Assembly: GCA_015256455.1 (NCBI GenBank)
Contig: JABZMB010000001.1
Location: 45,514 to 109,513, forward strand
From: Solobacterium sp.
Lineage (GTDB): Bacteria > Bacillota_I > Bacilli_A > Erysipelotrichales > Erysipelotrichaceae
Direction of reading: 5' to 3'
DNA: 64,000 bases
Shown here one piece after another: positions 40,342 through 51,800 of this stretch (position 1 is the first letter of the stretch; each line of letters starts with the position of its first letter). The notes under the pieces were generated by a model. It was not told the DNA's origin. It saw nothing but the letters and a program-made list of their open reading frames with translations, and did not search any database. The translations under genes were made by a program, and so were the position numbers.

Positions 40342-41205
40342 CTACTTTCTTTTCATATCTTCAGCTAACGCTATTTCTAGCTCTAGCTTCTCTTTACTAA
40401 AGGGTTGTAAAAACTTTACTCTTGCACAATGTAGGGCTGGTCTGTTAATCCTATCTGTATTACCACCATATAGTGTATCACCCAAAAGTGGATGTCCTAT
40501 TCCGGCAAATCCTGCGCGTATTTGATGTGTTCGACCCGTTTTCAAACAAACCTTAATCAAGCATTCTGTAGAATATTGTTTGATCACTTCATATTCAGTT
40601 ACACAATCTCTTCCACCCTGATTAAATGCCTGTGCCATCTTTCCTGTTTCCTTCTTCAAGGAAAATGAAAGTATTCCATAACTATCGAGTTGTCCTTCTA
40701 CGATAGCGTAATATTCTTTTTGAAGTATTCCATCTTTTCTCTGTGCTGTTAATCTAGCTGCAGCCAACTGATTTTTAGCATATATCATAATACCTGATAC
40801 ATCTTTATCTAGTCGTCCTATTGGACGAATCACAAAATGTTCATCTTGGTAATAATTTCGTAGTAGTGTTCCCATATCATCCTCTAAATGATGATGGCTT
40901 GGATGAGATGGCATACCAGATGGTTTATTTACAACAACCACATCTTCATCTTCATATAAGATTTCCGGTTCTACACTAATGGAATGTAACTCAAACTTTT
41001 CTACATTCAACTCCTCAATCACCAACAAATCATCAGTATGTACAACTTGATTGACAATAACTGGTTTCTGATTTAAATACATCTGATATGCTGAAAACTT
41101 AAAGCGAGAAATCTCATGACGACTAAAACCCAGAGACGATAAAACGGCCTTTATTGTAAGACCGTTTTGTTTATCTGTGATTTGATAGCGCAGTACTTTA
41201 TTCAT
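40342..41205 (-). CDS. RluA-family 23S rRNA pseudouridine synthase (RluD-like)
   Basis: 287 aa. Contains the catalytic motif HRLDKDVSG and HQIRAGFAGIGHPLLGD. Confidence 0.85.
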   Translation of the reverse strand: MNKVLRYQITDKQNGLTIKAVLSSLGFSRHEISRFKFSAYQMYLNQKPVIVNQVVHTDDLLVIEELNVEKFELHSISVEPEILYEDEDVVVVNKPSGMPSHPSHHHLEDDMGTLLRNYYQDEHFVIRPIGRLDKDVSGIMIYAKNQLAAARLTAQRKDGILQKEYYAIVEGQLDSYGILSFSLKKETGKMAQAFNQGGRDCVTEYEVIKQYSTECLIKVCLKTGRTHQIRAGFAGIGHPLLGDTLYGGNTDRINRPALHCARVKFLQPFSKEKLELEIALAEDMKRK

Positions 41206-42308
41206 CTGCCTTAATCATACTACGTAAGTAACTATCAATGAAACCATCAATTTCGCCATCCATAACAGCTTGTACATTACCTGCTTCATGACCAGTACGT
41301 AAATCTTTGACCATTGTATAAGGCGCAAAGACATAGGAACGAATTTGAGAACCCCATTCATTTGCCTTTACTTCGCCTCTGACCGCAGCTGCACGCTCTT
41401 CATTCTCACGAATCTTGAGCTGTAGTAGCTTTGACTTTAACATATTCAAGCATGCTTCACGGTTTTGAATCTGTGATCGCTGGGATTGGCAGAATACTGT
41501 AATTCCACTTGGAATATGTGTCATACGTACTGCAGAGTCTGTCTTGTTGATGTGCTGTCCACCAGCACCGGAAGCTCTCATTGTGATAACTTCCAAATCC
41601 TTATCATCAATTTCAATTTCAAGATCATCTTCAAACTCAGGCATAATTTCTACTGACGCAAAGGAAGTATGTCTTCTTGCGTTAGAGTCAAATGGTGAAA
41701 TACGTACCAAACGATGTACACCACTTTCTGCCTTCAGATAACCGTAAGCCATAGGACCTTGGATAAGGACAGAACAGGATTTCATACCTGCTTCTTCACC
41801 TTCTTGATAATCCATTAAATCAATCTTGAAGCCTTTTCTTTCTGCCCAACGCATATACATACGATATAACATTGCGGCCCAGTCCATCGCTTCTGTTCCA
41901 CCAGCACCTGGATGAATTTCTAAAATAGCATTATGATCATCATACGGACTAGACAATAGAACCTGAATTTCAAACTCTTCAAACTTCTTCATTGTCTCAG
42001 TATATTCTTCACTAATTAGCTCATTCATATCTTCATCAAAAGAAGATGATAGTTCACTGATACCTTCACTTAATTCCGCAAACGCATTCGTTAAAGAATG
42101 GTGGGTTTCGATTAGAGCTTTTAACTGATTACTCTCACGAATAATTTTCTGTGCCTTCTTCTGATCATTCCAGAAGTCAGCTTCTGCCATTAAGGCATTA
42201 TTTTCTGCTAAGCGTTTCTCTTTCCCTTCTAAGTCAAAGAGAGTGGCCAAGCGACTCCAATTTTGCTTGGCACTGAGAAACACTCTGTCTCATCTCATAC
42301 AATTCCAT
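41198..42308 (-). CDS. prfB: Peptide chain release factor 2 with programmed +1 frameshift
   Basis: Frame 0 reads ATG(42308) MELYEMRQSVSQCQAKLESLGHSL then TGA. The classic CTT TGA C shift site is at 42233-42239. The +1 frame continues DLEGKEKRLA through SGAGGQHINKTDSAVRMTHIPSGI (GGQ motif) to the stop at 41198. Confidence 0.85.
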
Positions 42309-42310
42309 GA

Positions 42311-44662
42311 TTATGCCTCCTGTTCAGGACCATCCACTACACGAATGTTCATGCAGAACGCCACAATTTCACGAGAAATTGTACGCATCATATCTTCAAA
42401 TAGGTTAAATCCTTCCGTAACATATGCCTGTAAAGGATTGCTTTGTGCGTAAGAACGTAAACCAATACCATCACGTAACTTCGACATTGTATCGATATGA
42501 TTAGACCATGCACGGTCAATCATACGCAAGGAAACTTCCTTCTCGATTGGCAGTACTTTATCTTTCACCTTTTCAATCTTCTGTTCATAATCAGACCAAG
42601 CCTGTTCTAAGCAGATATCAACGACATCGTTTTCTGCTCGTCCTTCGATATCTTCTACGCGAACAATACCCTTGAACCCAATACCATCTAAAGCCGCAAT
42701 CAATTCATTTAAGTCTTGATCTCTAGCTTCACTATTGAAGTGTGCTGCCACAATATCAGAGATAACACGCTTAAACATATCATAAATGACTGCGTGAACA
42801 TCGTCATTTTCAAGAATATAATTTCTTGTCTCGTACATTGTTTCGCGCTGTTGACGCATGACATCATCATATTGTAATAACTGTTTACGAGCATCGTAGT
42901 TTACACCTTCTACACGGCGTTGTGCACCAGAGATAGAACGTGTAACAGTCTTAGATTCAATAACTGTATCACCAAGTTTTGCAAATAGTGCTTCCATGTG
43001 TTCTGCACCGAAACGTACCATTAGATCATCCTGTACAGATACATAGAAACGTGACATACCTGGATCACCTTGACGACCAGAACGTCCACGCAACTGATTA
43101 TCGATACGTCTTGATTCATGTCTTTCAGAACCTAATACACATAGACCACCTAACTCACGAACGCCTTCGCCAAGCTTAATATCGGTACCACGACCAGCCA
43201 TATTAGTCGCAATTGTAACTGCACCTCTTTGACCCGCCTTGGCGATAATGTCTGCTTCACGTGCATTATTCTTAGCATTCAATACTTCGTGTGGAATATG
43301 ACGTTCCTTTAAGTACTTAGAAATTAATTCAGAAGTTTCAACCGCAATTGTACCTACAAGTACTGGTTGACCTGTCGCATGACGTTCTACAACCTCATCC
43401 ACAAGCGCATTAAACTTTGCCTTCTTAGTACCATATACAGCATCTGGATAGTCAATACGTGCAACTGGACGGTTTGTAGGAATCTCATAAACGTACATAT
43501 TGTAAATCTCTAGGAATTCTTCTTCCTCTGTCTTCGCTGTACCAGTCATACCACAAAGTTTGTTATAAAGACGGAAGAAGTTCTGGTATGTAATTGTCGC
43601 AAGTGTTGTTGTTTCTTGTTTGATGGAAATACCTTCCTTGGCTTCTACAGCCTGATGTAAACCATCAGACCATTGTCTACCCTTCATCAAACGACCTGTA
43701 TTAGGGTCAACAATTACAATTTCATCATTTTCTTCATCAACGACATACTCAATATCTCTTAACATCACATAGTTAGCCTTTAGCGCTTGGTTGATGTGAT
43801 GCAATAACTGTGTATGTGCTAGATTAAACAAGTTTTCAATACGGAAAGTAGCCTCTGCTTTCGCTGTACCTTTTTCTGTTAACTGAACTGTACGTGACTT
43901 GACGTCTAATTCATAGTCTTCATCTTTCACCAAACGCTTTACAAAGCGATCAGCTTGTAGATATAGATTGGCAGTATCTTTCTTACCACCAGAAATAATT
44001 AATGGAGTACGAGATTCATCAATTAAAATGGAGTCAACTTCATCGACCATCGCAACATTCAAGCCACGAAGCACACGATCTTCAACACGAGTAACCATGT
44101 TGTCACGTAGATAGTCAAATCCAAGTTCTGAGTTTGTTGTATATGTAATATCACAGGCATACGCTGCACGCTTTTGTGCCTTTGTTAATTGGCGAAGATT
44201 CAAACCAACTGTCAAGCCTAAGAAACGGTGAATCTCTCCCATCCATGCGGAGTCACGTTCTGATAGATATTCGTTTACAGTTACAACGTGAACACCTTTC
44301 CCATCTAGGGCATTTAAATATACCGCCATAACAGATGTCAAAGTCTTACCTTCACCTGTCTTCATTTCAGCAATATCGCCACCTTGCATAACAGCAGCAC
44401 CCATGAGCTGTACAGGATATGGGAATTCTCCAATGACTCTTCGGCAAGCTTCACGTGCTGTTGCAAATGCCTCTACAAAAATATCATCTAGAGTAGCACC
44501 AGCAGCAAGCTTTTCTCTCAAGTATGGTGTCATTGCCTTGAGTTCATCATCGCTCTTTGCTTTATATTCTTCTTCCAGTTCTAAAACTGGTTTGATCTTC
44601 TTTTGAATCTGTTTTAACTTACGGGCGTCTTCGTTGAATAATCGAGTTAAAAAATTTGCCAT
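42311..44662 (-). CDS. secA: Preprotein translocase ATPase SecA
   Basis: 783 aa. Contains MKTGEGKTL (Walker A) and the DEAD-like DEVDSILIDE block, with full-length SecA architecture. Confidence 0.95.
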   Translation of the reverse strand: MANFLTRLFNEDARKLKQIQKKIKPVLELEEEYKAKSDDELKAMTPYLREKLAAGATLDDIFVEAFATAREACRRVIGEFPYPVQLMGAAVMQGGDIAEMKTGEGKTLTSVMAVYLNALDGKGVHVVTVNEYLSERDSAWMGEIHRFLGLTVGLNLRQLTKAQKRAAYACDITYTTNSELGFDYLRDNMVTRVEDRVLRGLNVAMVDEVDSILIDESRTPLIISGGKKDTANLYLQADRFVKRLVKDEDYELDVKSRTVQLTEKGTAKAEATFRIENLFNLAHTQLLHHINQALKANYVMLRDIEYVVDEENDEIVIVDPNTGRLMKGRQWSDGLHQAVEAKEGISIKQETTTLATITYQNFFRLYNKLCGMTGTAKTEEEEFLEIYNMYVYEIPTNRPVARIDYPDAVYGTKKAKFNALVDEVVERHATGQPVLVGTIAVETSELISKYLKERHIPHEVLNAKNNAREADIIAKAGQRGAVTIATNMAGRGTDIKLGEGVRELGGLCVLGSERHESRRIDNQLRGRSGRQGDPGMSRFYVSVQDDLMVRFGAEHMEALFAKLGDTVIESKTVTRSISGAQRRVEGVNYDARKQLLQYDDVMRQQRETMYETRNYILENDDVHAVIYDMFKRVISDIVAAHFNSEARDQDLNELIAALDGIGFKGIVRVEDIEGRAENDVVDICLEQAWSDYEQKIEKVKDKVLPIEKEVSLRMIDRAWSNHIDTMSKLRDGIGLRSYAQSNPLQAYVTEGFNLFEDMMRTISREIVAFCMNIRVVDGPEQEA

Positions 44663-44761
44663 AGTGCCTCCATATTTTTTATACTAAATAACTATTTTAT
44701 TATATATTTTCGGCCTGTAAAAGGCAATGAGACAAGCCTAGCCAATCCCTTAGAAATCTCT

Positions 44762-45388
44762 TTATTTCCCGAATATTTTACGCTTTTTTAGCCAAAGTTG
44801 ATTTACACTAACCACATAGATTGTAATCTTACAGTCATAACCCTTTAAACAACGTAACGCTCCTAATAAAGAAGCACCTGTTGTAATCGTATCATCAACC
44901 AACAAAATCTTCTTTGGCACAACACAGTTTTTCTTTAGTACAATGTTATCCGACATCTTCATGCGCTCTTCCACACTGCGATTTTTCTGGTCAAAATCAT
45001 AAACTTTTTCAAAGAGATCTAACTGTCGCAAAGGCAAAGTGGAAAACATCTTTTCAAGATGATGGAACCCACGTTTTGCGATTTTTTCTTTAGAACTTGG
45101 TAAATAACAAATTGTATAACCAAAAAATCGTAATAACAACCACCACCGAAATGGATACAGAAATACTGTTTTCAATGCTTCATCAAAACATTCCTTATAT
45201 TGAACTAATAATTTTGCAAAGGCATCATCGTAGATATAACTAGCATACAGTTTATGTCCGTGAAACTTCATGTGAAACTTAACCTTACTTAGATGATTTC
45301 TGCAGGCATGGCACAATGGATCATCATTCTCCAGTATATCGATGAAATCCCCATCTCCTTTTTCTATTCCACACATTAAACAGCGCAT
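44762..45388 (-). CDS. comFC: ComF family protein (ComFC-like phosphoribosyltransferase domain)
   Basis: 208 aa. N-terminal Cys-rich region CLMCG...CHAC. The C-terminal PRT motif is LLVDDTITTGASL. Confidence 0.75.
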   Translation of the reverse strand: MRCLMCGIEKGDGDFIDILENDDPLCHACRNHLSKVKFHMKFHGHKLYASYIYDDAFAKLLVQYKECFDEALKTVFLYPFRWWLLLRFFGYTICYLPSSKEKIAKRGFHHLEKMFSTLPLRQLDLFEKVYDFDQKNRSVEERMKMSDNIVLKKNCVVPKKILLVDDTITTGASLLGALRCLKGYDCKITIYVVSVNQLWLKKRKIFGK

Positions 45389-46521
45389 ATTTGATTCGCC
45401 TGCTCTATCTTATTTTTGCAAAGTTGCACTAGTTCTGTCTTTTCACTACATAAAAACAGTACATCACCCTCTGGTGATGTAAAGCTTCTTCCTGCTCTAC
45501 CTGCCATTTGAATCAACCCAGCTTCATCAAAGACAGAATGATTCGCGTGCCATACACAGATATCTGCCTTAGGAATAGTTACGCCTCTTTCTAGAACTGT
45601 TGTCGCTATCATCACACCTAACGGGTTTTGTTTGAAATGATATATGATTTCATCCCTATCTTCACTTTCACTTGTACAGACATAACATTGCATAAAGATA
45701 TTAAGAATAAGCCCTAGTATCTTGGCAGTTTTAATAGTTGGCACAAAGATAATTCTAGGATTGCATGCATGTTTATTTATCCATCGTATCAGTATAAAAA
45801 ATAATAGTACCGATGGATAAATCAATAGTCTTGGGACTGGCAAATCATGTCCATGTGGACGCTTATTCAATATGATATGATGCATCATTCCTTCTTTTAC
45901 TCTACTTAAAAGATACGCATCTGGTGTAGCAGTTAAATATATGATATTTCCTATGCAAGCATGTTTTGCAATACCATGTAATACTTCATCTCCACGATAT
46001 GGAAAGGCATCTGGTTCATCTAAAATCAACAATGAGAATTGACCTTGGTAACGATATAACTGATGCGTCGTACATACAATTAAATCACCATCAATTTCAT
46101 CTGTATGTCCACCACACACTGCTACAATCTTCGCCTTTTTAAAATATATGTTTAATCTTTCAGCCAGTTCTAGTACGACCTGTCGTCTTGCAATCGCAAA
46201 ACATACTTTGCGTTTTTCATTTAACGCATCTGCTATACTAGCAAGCACCATTTCCGTTTTCCCAGCACCACAAACACACTCCAACAATACATCTTTTGTA
46301 CGAATGTATTGTTGACACTCTTTGGACACTGCTTCTTGCAGTTTTGTTAGGGGATATTTCATGGTATATTCACTACAATCATCGTGAATATCCTCAAGTT
46401 TAATATTTATTTCCTCTTCTAATAGCAACCTTCCAAAGCCTATACATTTCCGACAATAATATCCATGACTCCCTTTATAAAAATATGATTTTTGTGTATT
46501 ACCACAACGTGGACATTTCAT
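45376..46521 (-). CDS. comFA: Competence helicase ComFA (DEAD/DEAH-box)
   Basis: Start taken as MKCPRCGN, which has an RBS AGAGGTG (N-terminal zinc finger). Contains Walker A CGAGKTE and the DEAD-like LILDEPDA block. It overlaps comFC. Confidence 0.75.
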   Translation of the reverse strand: MKCPRCGNTQKSYFYKGSHGYYCRKCIGFGRLLLEEEINIKLEDIHDDCSEYTMKYPLTKLQEAVSKECQQYIRTKDVLLECVCGAGKTEMVLASIADALNEKRKVCFAIARRQVVLELAERLNIYFKKAKIVAVCGGHTDEIDGDLIVCTTHQLYRYQGQFSLLILDEPDAFPYRGDEVLHGIAKHACIGNIIYLTATPDAYLLSRVKEGMMHHIILNKRPHGHDLPVPRLLIYPSVLLFFILIRWINKHACNPRIIFVPTIKTAKILGLILNIFMQCYVCTSESEDRDEIIYHFKQNPLGVMIATTVLERGVTIPKADICVWHANHSVFDEAGLIQMAGRAGRSFTSPEGDVLFLCSEKTELVQLCKNKIEQANQICAV

Positions 46522-46609
46522 TTGTTCACCTCTAAAAATGTATATGAAAATAATCATCAATTTCCACAAAAAAAGGTTGATAGTATGAACTATCAACCTA
46601 AAGTATTAC

Positions 46610-48778
46610 TTATTGTTTGTTCAACTTAAATCTCTTTACTACTGCAAAGCCAAATCCTGCAAGAGCAATAATCACTGCTCCAATATAGATTGGTAATTGA
46701 GAGTTATCACCTGTCTTAGGTGTAGCTGACTGTGCAGTTTCAGGAGCAGCTAAATACTTCAATGTAAATGTAATTTCATTGCTTGTTGGATTTGTTGAGT
46801 CAGCACCCGAAGGTAGCTGTACAGCATCCCACTTCAATGCAAATGCTACAACATTACCTGTTGCACCATCTGTAGCCTTCGCCATTAATAAGCCCGCCAT
46901 GGAACCCGCTACTGTATAGTTTGTATTTGGACGAGCTGTGCTATTAAAGTGTACGCCATCCACTACAACTTCCATTGTATTTTCCATTCCAAGTACTGCA
47001 TCCTTAAGATCTGCGAATGTAGTTACTGGAGCAGCCACCGTCATGTTGACTATAATAGTCTTTCCATTTACTGTTTGTGAAGTAATCCTATACTTACCAT
47101 TGTCATGTAGTAAGGATACTGTTGGGTTTGTATCAAAATCCATTTCATTTGGAAGAGTTAATGAAGCTGTAAATGTTGCACTGTAATCTGCTAAAGCAAT
47201 TGTAGTTGGATCTACATTAGCTCTATTAAATGCATTTTCAATTTCGGTCATCTTTGTTTTAACAGAAGAAACATCTAAGGAACCTGTAAATGCAAGATTA
47301 GCATCTCTTGTTGTTTCGTACACTGCATTATGCTGTGTTTCATTTCCAACAAGAATATCACCAGGAAGTGTCATCACTTCTTCATAACTTCTTTCTAGTG
47401 GGGCAGCATAGTTTACAGTTAAAGCAATCGCACTAGGATTGTTTACACTTGCTCCTGCAGCCATCTGCTTACCAACCCACTTCAAGTCAAAGTTGATTGT
47501 ACTTCCAGAAACGTTACTTGTAGCTATAGCAGTTAAGTTACCATTTACAGTACCGATTACTTCGTAGTTTCCTCCAGCTACAGATCTAGCATCGAAGTTT
47601 GCGGCAGGAACTTTAATCTTCATATCATCTGCCACTGCATTTACTGCATTCTTTAAATCTGTAAAATTTGTAATATTTGCTGCATTAGCAAGTTCAAATG
47701 TTACGGTAGCACTCTGTATATTACCAGTCACATTACTTATAACAAATGAACCATTAGCACCTTCTAAAGTAGTATTTGCTAATGAAGGTACATCCTTAAA
47801 ACTTAAGCCAGTTGGTAATGTAATTGTAGCTGTGAAAGATGTATTTAAGTTTGCTAAGTTAATTTGATTTGCAGCTGCAGAGTAGCTTGCTTCAATAGCA
47901 GCCATCTGATCTTTAATTGTCTTTGCATGGAATAAACCAACAAAGTTAAGGTCATCTGTCTTTTGTTTTGTCACTGCATTATTTGCAGTATCGTTATCAA
48001 TTAATAAGTCCGCATCAACATCTACTGTCACATTTGAATTTGTAACAGTTGGCTGCTCAAATACATCACTAGTCGCAAAACTATCTGTTAATGAGATTGT
48101 AGCTGTATCTGCTTGGAATTCCGTAGGAATACGAATAAAGCTACGACCTGTAATAAATCCAAAGCTACCCGTACTAGTAATCTTTAAATTTTCATCGATT
48201 GCATTTGCAGCTACGTACCCATTTGCGTTAATACTATATGGAATAGTTAGAGTTACTTTTCTATTCTGTGTACCAGCATTCACATCACTTTGATAAAGTG
48301 TATTGATACCAGCCCAATTTTGTTGTGCTAGAGGTAAATCAAAAGTTACAACATTTCCTGAAACAGAATATGTAATTGTTGCTCCTGGGATAATTGCGGA
48401 TGTGCTTGCTGTAGTTGGTGTACCTAGTGTTACTTCATTAGGGAATGTAACACTATATTTGATACTAGCCACCTTACCTGCTGTTCCATCGATATTCCAT
48501 GGATATGCAGCACCATACGTTGTCATATATGGAGCTAATTCAGACATAACATCTGCGATTGGAACATCTGCTGTCCAAGTACCATTATATGTACCATGAT
48601 TGCTTCCAGTGACTCCACTCACAGTTCCAGAGTTACTAATATATTGTGCAATTTGTAGAGTGCCTGCCGCGTTAACAAAAGTCACATTTGGCATAAGAAA
48701 GCCAAGTGTAACCATCAATGTTGTAAATAGTGTAATGATTTTAGTAAACATTTTGCTGAATCCTGCATTTCTGCTCAT
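46610..48778 (-). CDS. Cell-surface repeat protein with C-terminal TPKTGD sorting signal
   Basis: Start taken as MSRNAGF, which has a GGAGG RBS. Signal peptide present. Two ~200-aa internal repeats are visible (…FDLKWVGKQMAAGASVNNPSAIALTVNYAAP… and …FALKWDAVQLPSGADSTNPTSNEITFTLKYLAAP…). The C-terminus reads TPKTGD, a hydrophobic helix, then KRFKLNKQ. Confidence 0.7.
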   Translation of the reverse strand: MSRNAGFSKMFTKIITLFTTLMVTLGFLMPNVTFVNAAGTLQIAQYISNSGTVSGVTGSNHGTYNGTWTADVPIADVMSELAPYMTTYGAAYPWNIDGTAGKVASIKYSVTFPNEVTLGTPTTASTSAIIPGATITYSVSGNVVTFDLPLAQQNWAGINTLYQSDVNAGTQNRKVTLTIPYSINANGYVAANAIDENLKITSTGSFGFITGRSFIRIPTEFQADTATISLTDSFATSDVFEQPTVTNSNVTVDVDADLLIDNDTANNAVTKQKTDDLNFVGLFHAKTIKDQMAAIEASYSAAANQINLANLNTSFTATITLPTGLSFKDVPSLANTTLEGANGSFVISNVTGNIQSATVTFELANAANITNFTDLKNAVNAVADDMKIKVPAANFDARSVAGGNYEVIGTVNGNLTAIATSNVSGSTINFDLKWVGKQMAAGASVNNPSAIALTVNYAAPLERSYEEVMTLPGDILVGNETQHNAVYETTRDANLAFTGSLDVSSVKTKMTEIENAFNRANVDPTTIALADYSATFTASLTLPNEMDFDTNPTVSLLHDNGKYRITSQTVNGKTIIVNMTVAAPVTTFADLKDAVLGMENTMEVVVDGVHFNSTARPNTNYTVAGSMAGLLMAKATDGATGNVVAFALKWDAVQLPSGADSTNPTSNEITFTLKYLAAPETAQSATPKTGDNSQLPIYIGAVIIALAGFGFAVVKRFKLNKQ

Positions 48779-48897
48779 ACATAAACCTCCATTTCTTATA
48801 CATTGACAAAACTTACCAACGAAAAACGATAAAATTTTACTCGGAGCCACATCATATTATAAGTATTTTACACTTTATTTTGTGTCTCAATTATACA

Positions 48898-51800
48898 TTA
48901 TGCCTTCATTATCTTTTTGTCAACATTTACAATAAACGCAGCCATTAATGCGATACTCATCATAATCGCATACATTAACATATTATTTTGATCACTTGTC
49001 TTAGGTGTTGAAATAGGTGCCTTATATACATTTGTAAATACAGCTTCATTTACAACTGTGCCATCTGCCTTTTCAACATGTGTATCTGCCACAAGCTGTC
49101 CAGCCACATCTGTTACCTCAAATGTGATTGTATATTGGGTTGTATCATATGTGTAATTTGCGATACCATCATTGATTTCACTAATTACATATTGATATGT
49201 ACCTGCCTGTGTAATTTCGAAGATACCAAATTCTACTTCACCACTACCGGTTACTTCAGCTTGTTTTACACCACCAACACTACCTACTGGCATTGGATCT
49301 GCTGGATTAACAGCTCTCATCTCAAAATGGAATCTAGATGGATTTGTCGGATTACCTTCTACGATCTTCTTGACTGGTGGATCAACCAATACTGGTTTTG
49401 GTACATATGTATTTACAATCTTTGTGCCATCATAATGAACTGTAAAGTCTCTACCACTAATTGTGATTGTGCTTCCTTCTTCCACAACATTACCATCACC
49501 ATCTAGTTCCTTTACAGTATAAGTATTTGCAGCAGACGTAATTGTGTCTGTCACTGGTAAATTGGAGAATGTTGCCGTAAAGTGATTGTTCTTATCCACA
49601 ACCACTTCTTGTACTTTATTGCCATTTTTATATAGGGCAATTGTAGTAGAAAGCGTATCAATCTCACTTTGTGTTAAATTAGACCATTCTTTAGTAAATG
49701 TCTTTGTCGTTGTTGCAGGGATAAGTGGCGTTACTTCTAAAGACTTCTTATTTGTAACTGTAAATCCTTGGTCTACATCTCCTGTTACAGTTGCAGTATA
49801 CCAAGCATCGTTAATCTTAATCTTGCCAGAGCTATCTACGCCCACTTCTTTTACAGAGTATTGATAGTTTGTACCAGTTGTTGGATTTACTACATCAATA
49901 TTATCGAAAGAAACTTCCCAGTTATTTGCTGCAGTAAGTTTCTTCTTTTCTAGAACTGTTCCATCACGGTATAACTCTACTTCTATTTCACTCACTGGAG
50001 CAGTAAGCGCAGTACCATCATAGTTCTTCCAATCCTTCGCAACCTTGATTGAAGAAGTATGAAATGTCATCGCAGCAGGCTCTAGAGTTAATGTTGCACG
50101 GTTACCATTGATATCATAATCCAATACTGGAGTAATCACGTCTATCTTATCGTTATGAGACATTGTTAAGTTATTCTCAGCCTTATATGTCACTTCAATT
50201 CTTCCGCCATCACCATTACTTAATGTTGTTTTCGTAACCAACATAAGCATATTGGCATCTGCTGGATTTGTAACAATATCATAATCTCCTGGTTGAGGAG
50301 CGTGATTGAGTGCGTATGTCTTGCCTGGCTTTAACTTAATATACTTCACTTCAAAGTTTGGCGTCGCCTCCACTTTGTCCAGTTTTAATGGTAACTGATT
50401 CGCACCTTCCGGCATGAATGCAGGACCAAAATCTAGATTCTCATTTAAGAGAGGAATAAATACATTTGCGTAGTTAATATTTGTTCCACTATTATTTCTT
50501 AGTTTGATACGCATTGTTGTCGTATCGCCTTTTTCTAATACGACTGTTGTATCTTTTTTGGTTGTTGCAGAAGTATTGTCATAGATAATTTCTGCACCTG
50601 TATCTTTATCAATTAAAGTGGAATGTGCATTTACTTCAGCTGCCTGATTTACTTTGACACCAGGTCCTTCAGACAAGGAAACCATTGTCTTACCAGAGTT
50701 TACAGCTGTACCAAATACAGCTGTATATTTATCTGTATTCCAGTTTCTTCTATCCCACTTTTCAGGTTTGATGACTGCACCAATCGCATCAAAATCCTTT
50801 GTCGTAATTCCAAGGAAGTCATTGATATGGTATGTCGCAACCTTCACTGTCTTATCCGCATGAACATCAAACTTGATTGTCATGTTCTTACTTGTGAAGT
50901 TTGGCTGATATTGACCTCTTGTTTCTTGGCCAATATCAATGGAATACTTCCAAACTTTGACTTTCTCACCATCTTTTTCAAACTCACCTACATATGTTGG
51001 TGTACTCAATGTTCCGTTTGTTACTTGTAAGTTTGAATATGTAAATCCTTCTGGCATAATCATGTAAATCTCTGGTTCCTGTAGTGGGTTCCAATCCCAG
51101 TTTGCGTCATCAATACGTCCAGATACTGTAAAGGAATTTCCGCCAAGAATTTGTGTCTGATTGATTGAACCAACACCATTCTTTACTTCAGGTACCTTTG
51201 GCTTACCAATTAGGGTATATGTATCGCCAGCAGTTGGTGTAGCGCCTGTGTTGTATAGTTTTACAGTTGTCTTAACATTATCGTTAGTACCCACCTTCCA
51301 GCTTCCATATACACCATTTGGAATATATGACCAACCGTAGAATTCACCATCAGAGATAAACTGATTATTAGGATTCCATGTATCTAATAAATCACGTTGT
51401 GGACGAATGCCATCATACTGTCCAGGAATTTGACCAATATCAACTTTGATTGTTTTGATAGAATCATTAATATCAAGTCCTAGTGCTGTATTTGTGATTA
51501 ATGCAGATACATTTAATGGAGATGCATTTGGCTTCTGTAAAATACTTGGATCAGCTACACCACTAGCACCACTAGCAGATGTCCAATAGATGTTTCCATA
51601 TACCATATCTGCGTGATATGGAATTGTAACACCACGAATAATCGCAGTATCTGTTTCATCAATTGTCATTTCAAGTGTCTTTGGTTTTGTTGGTGTAGAT
51701 AATTCGTTCTTAATTAATAAGGAACCTAAACGAACATTATAGGTATCATATTTTTTATATGCCCAGTTTACTGCTGTATCAACTAAGGCATGAGAAGCTA

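Noticed and set aside
41198-42283. Annotating prfB as starting at MFLSAKQ (the ORF-table start)
   Set aside because: The true start is the upstream frame-0 ATG at 42308 with a +1 programmed frameshift at CTT TGA C. The MFLSAK methionine is internal to the shifted frame.
49078-51030. Several 60-140-aa + strand ORFs inside the 1335-aa adhesin gene
   Set aside because: They are antisense to a long, well-supported coding frame. Their Cys/Ile-rich translations are typical of reverse-frame artefacts.
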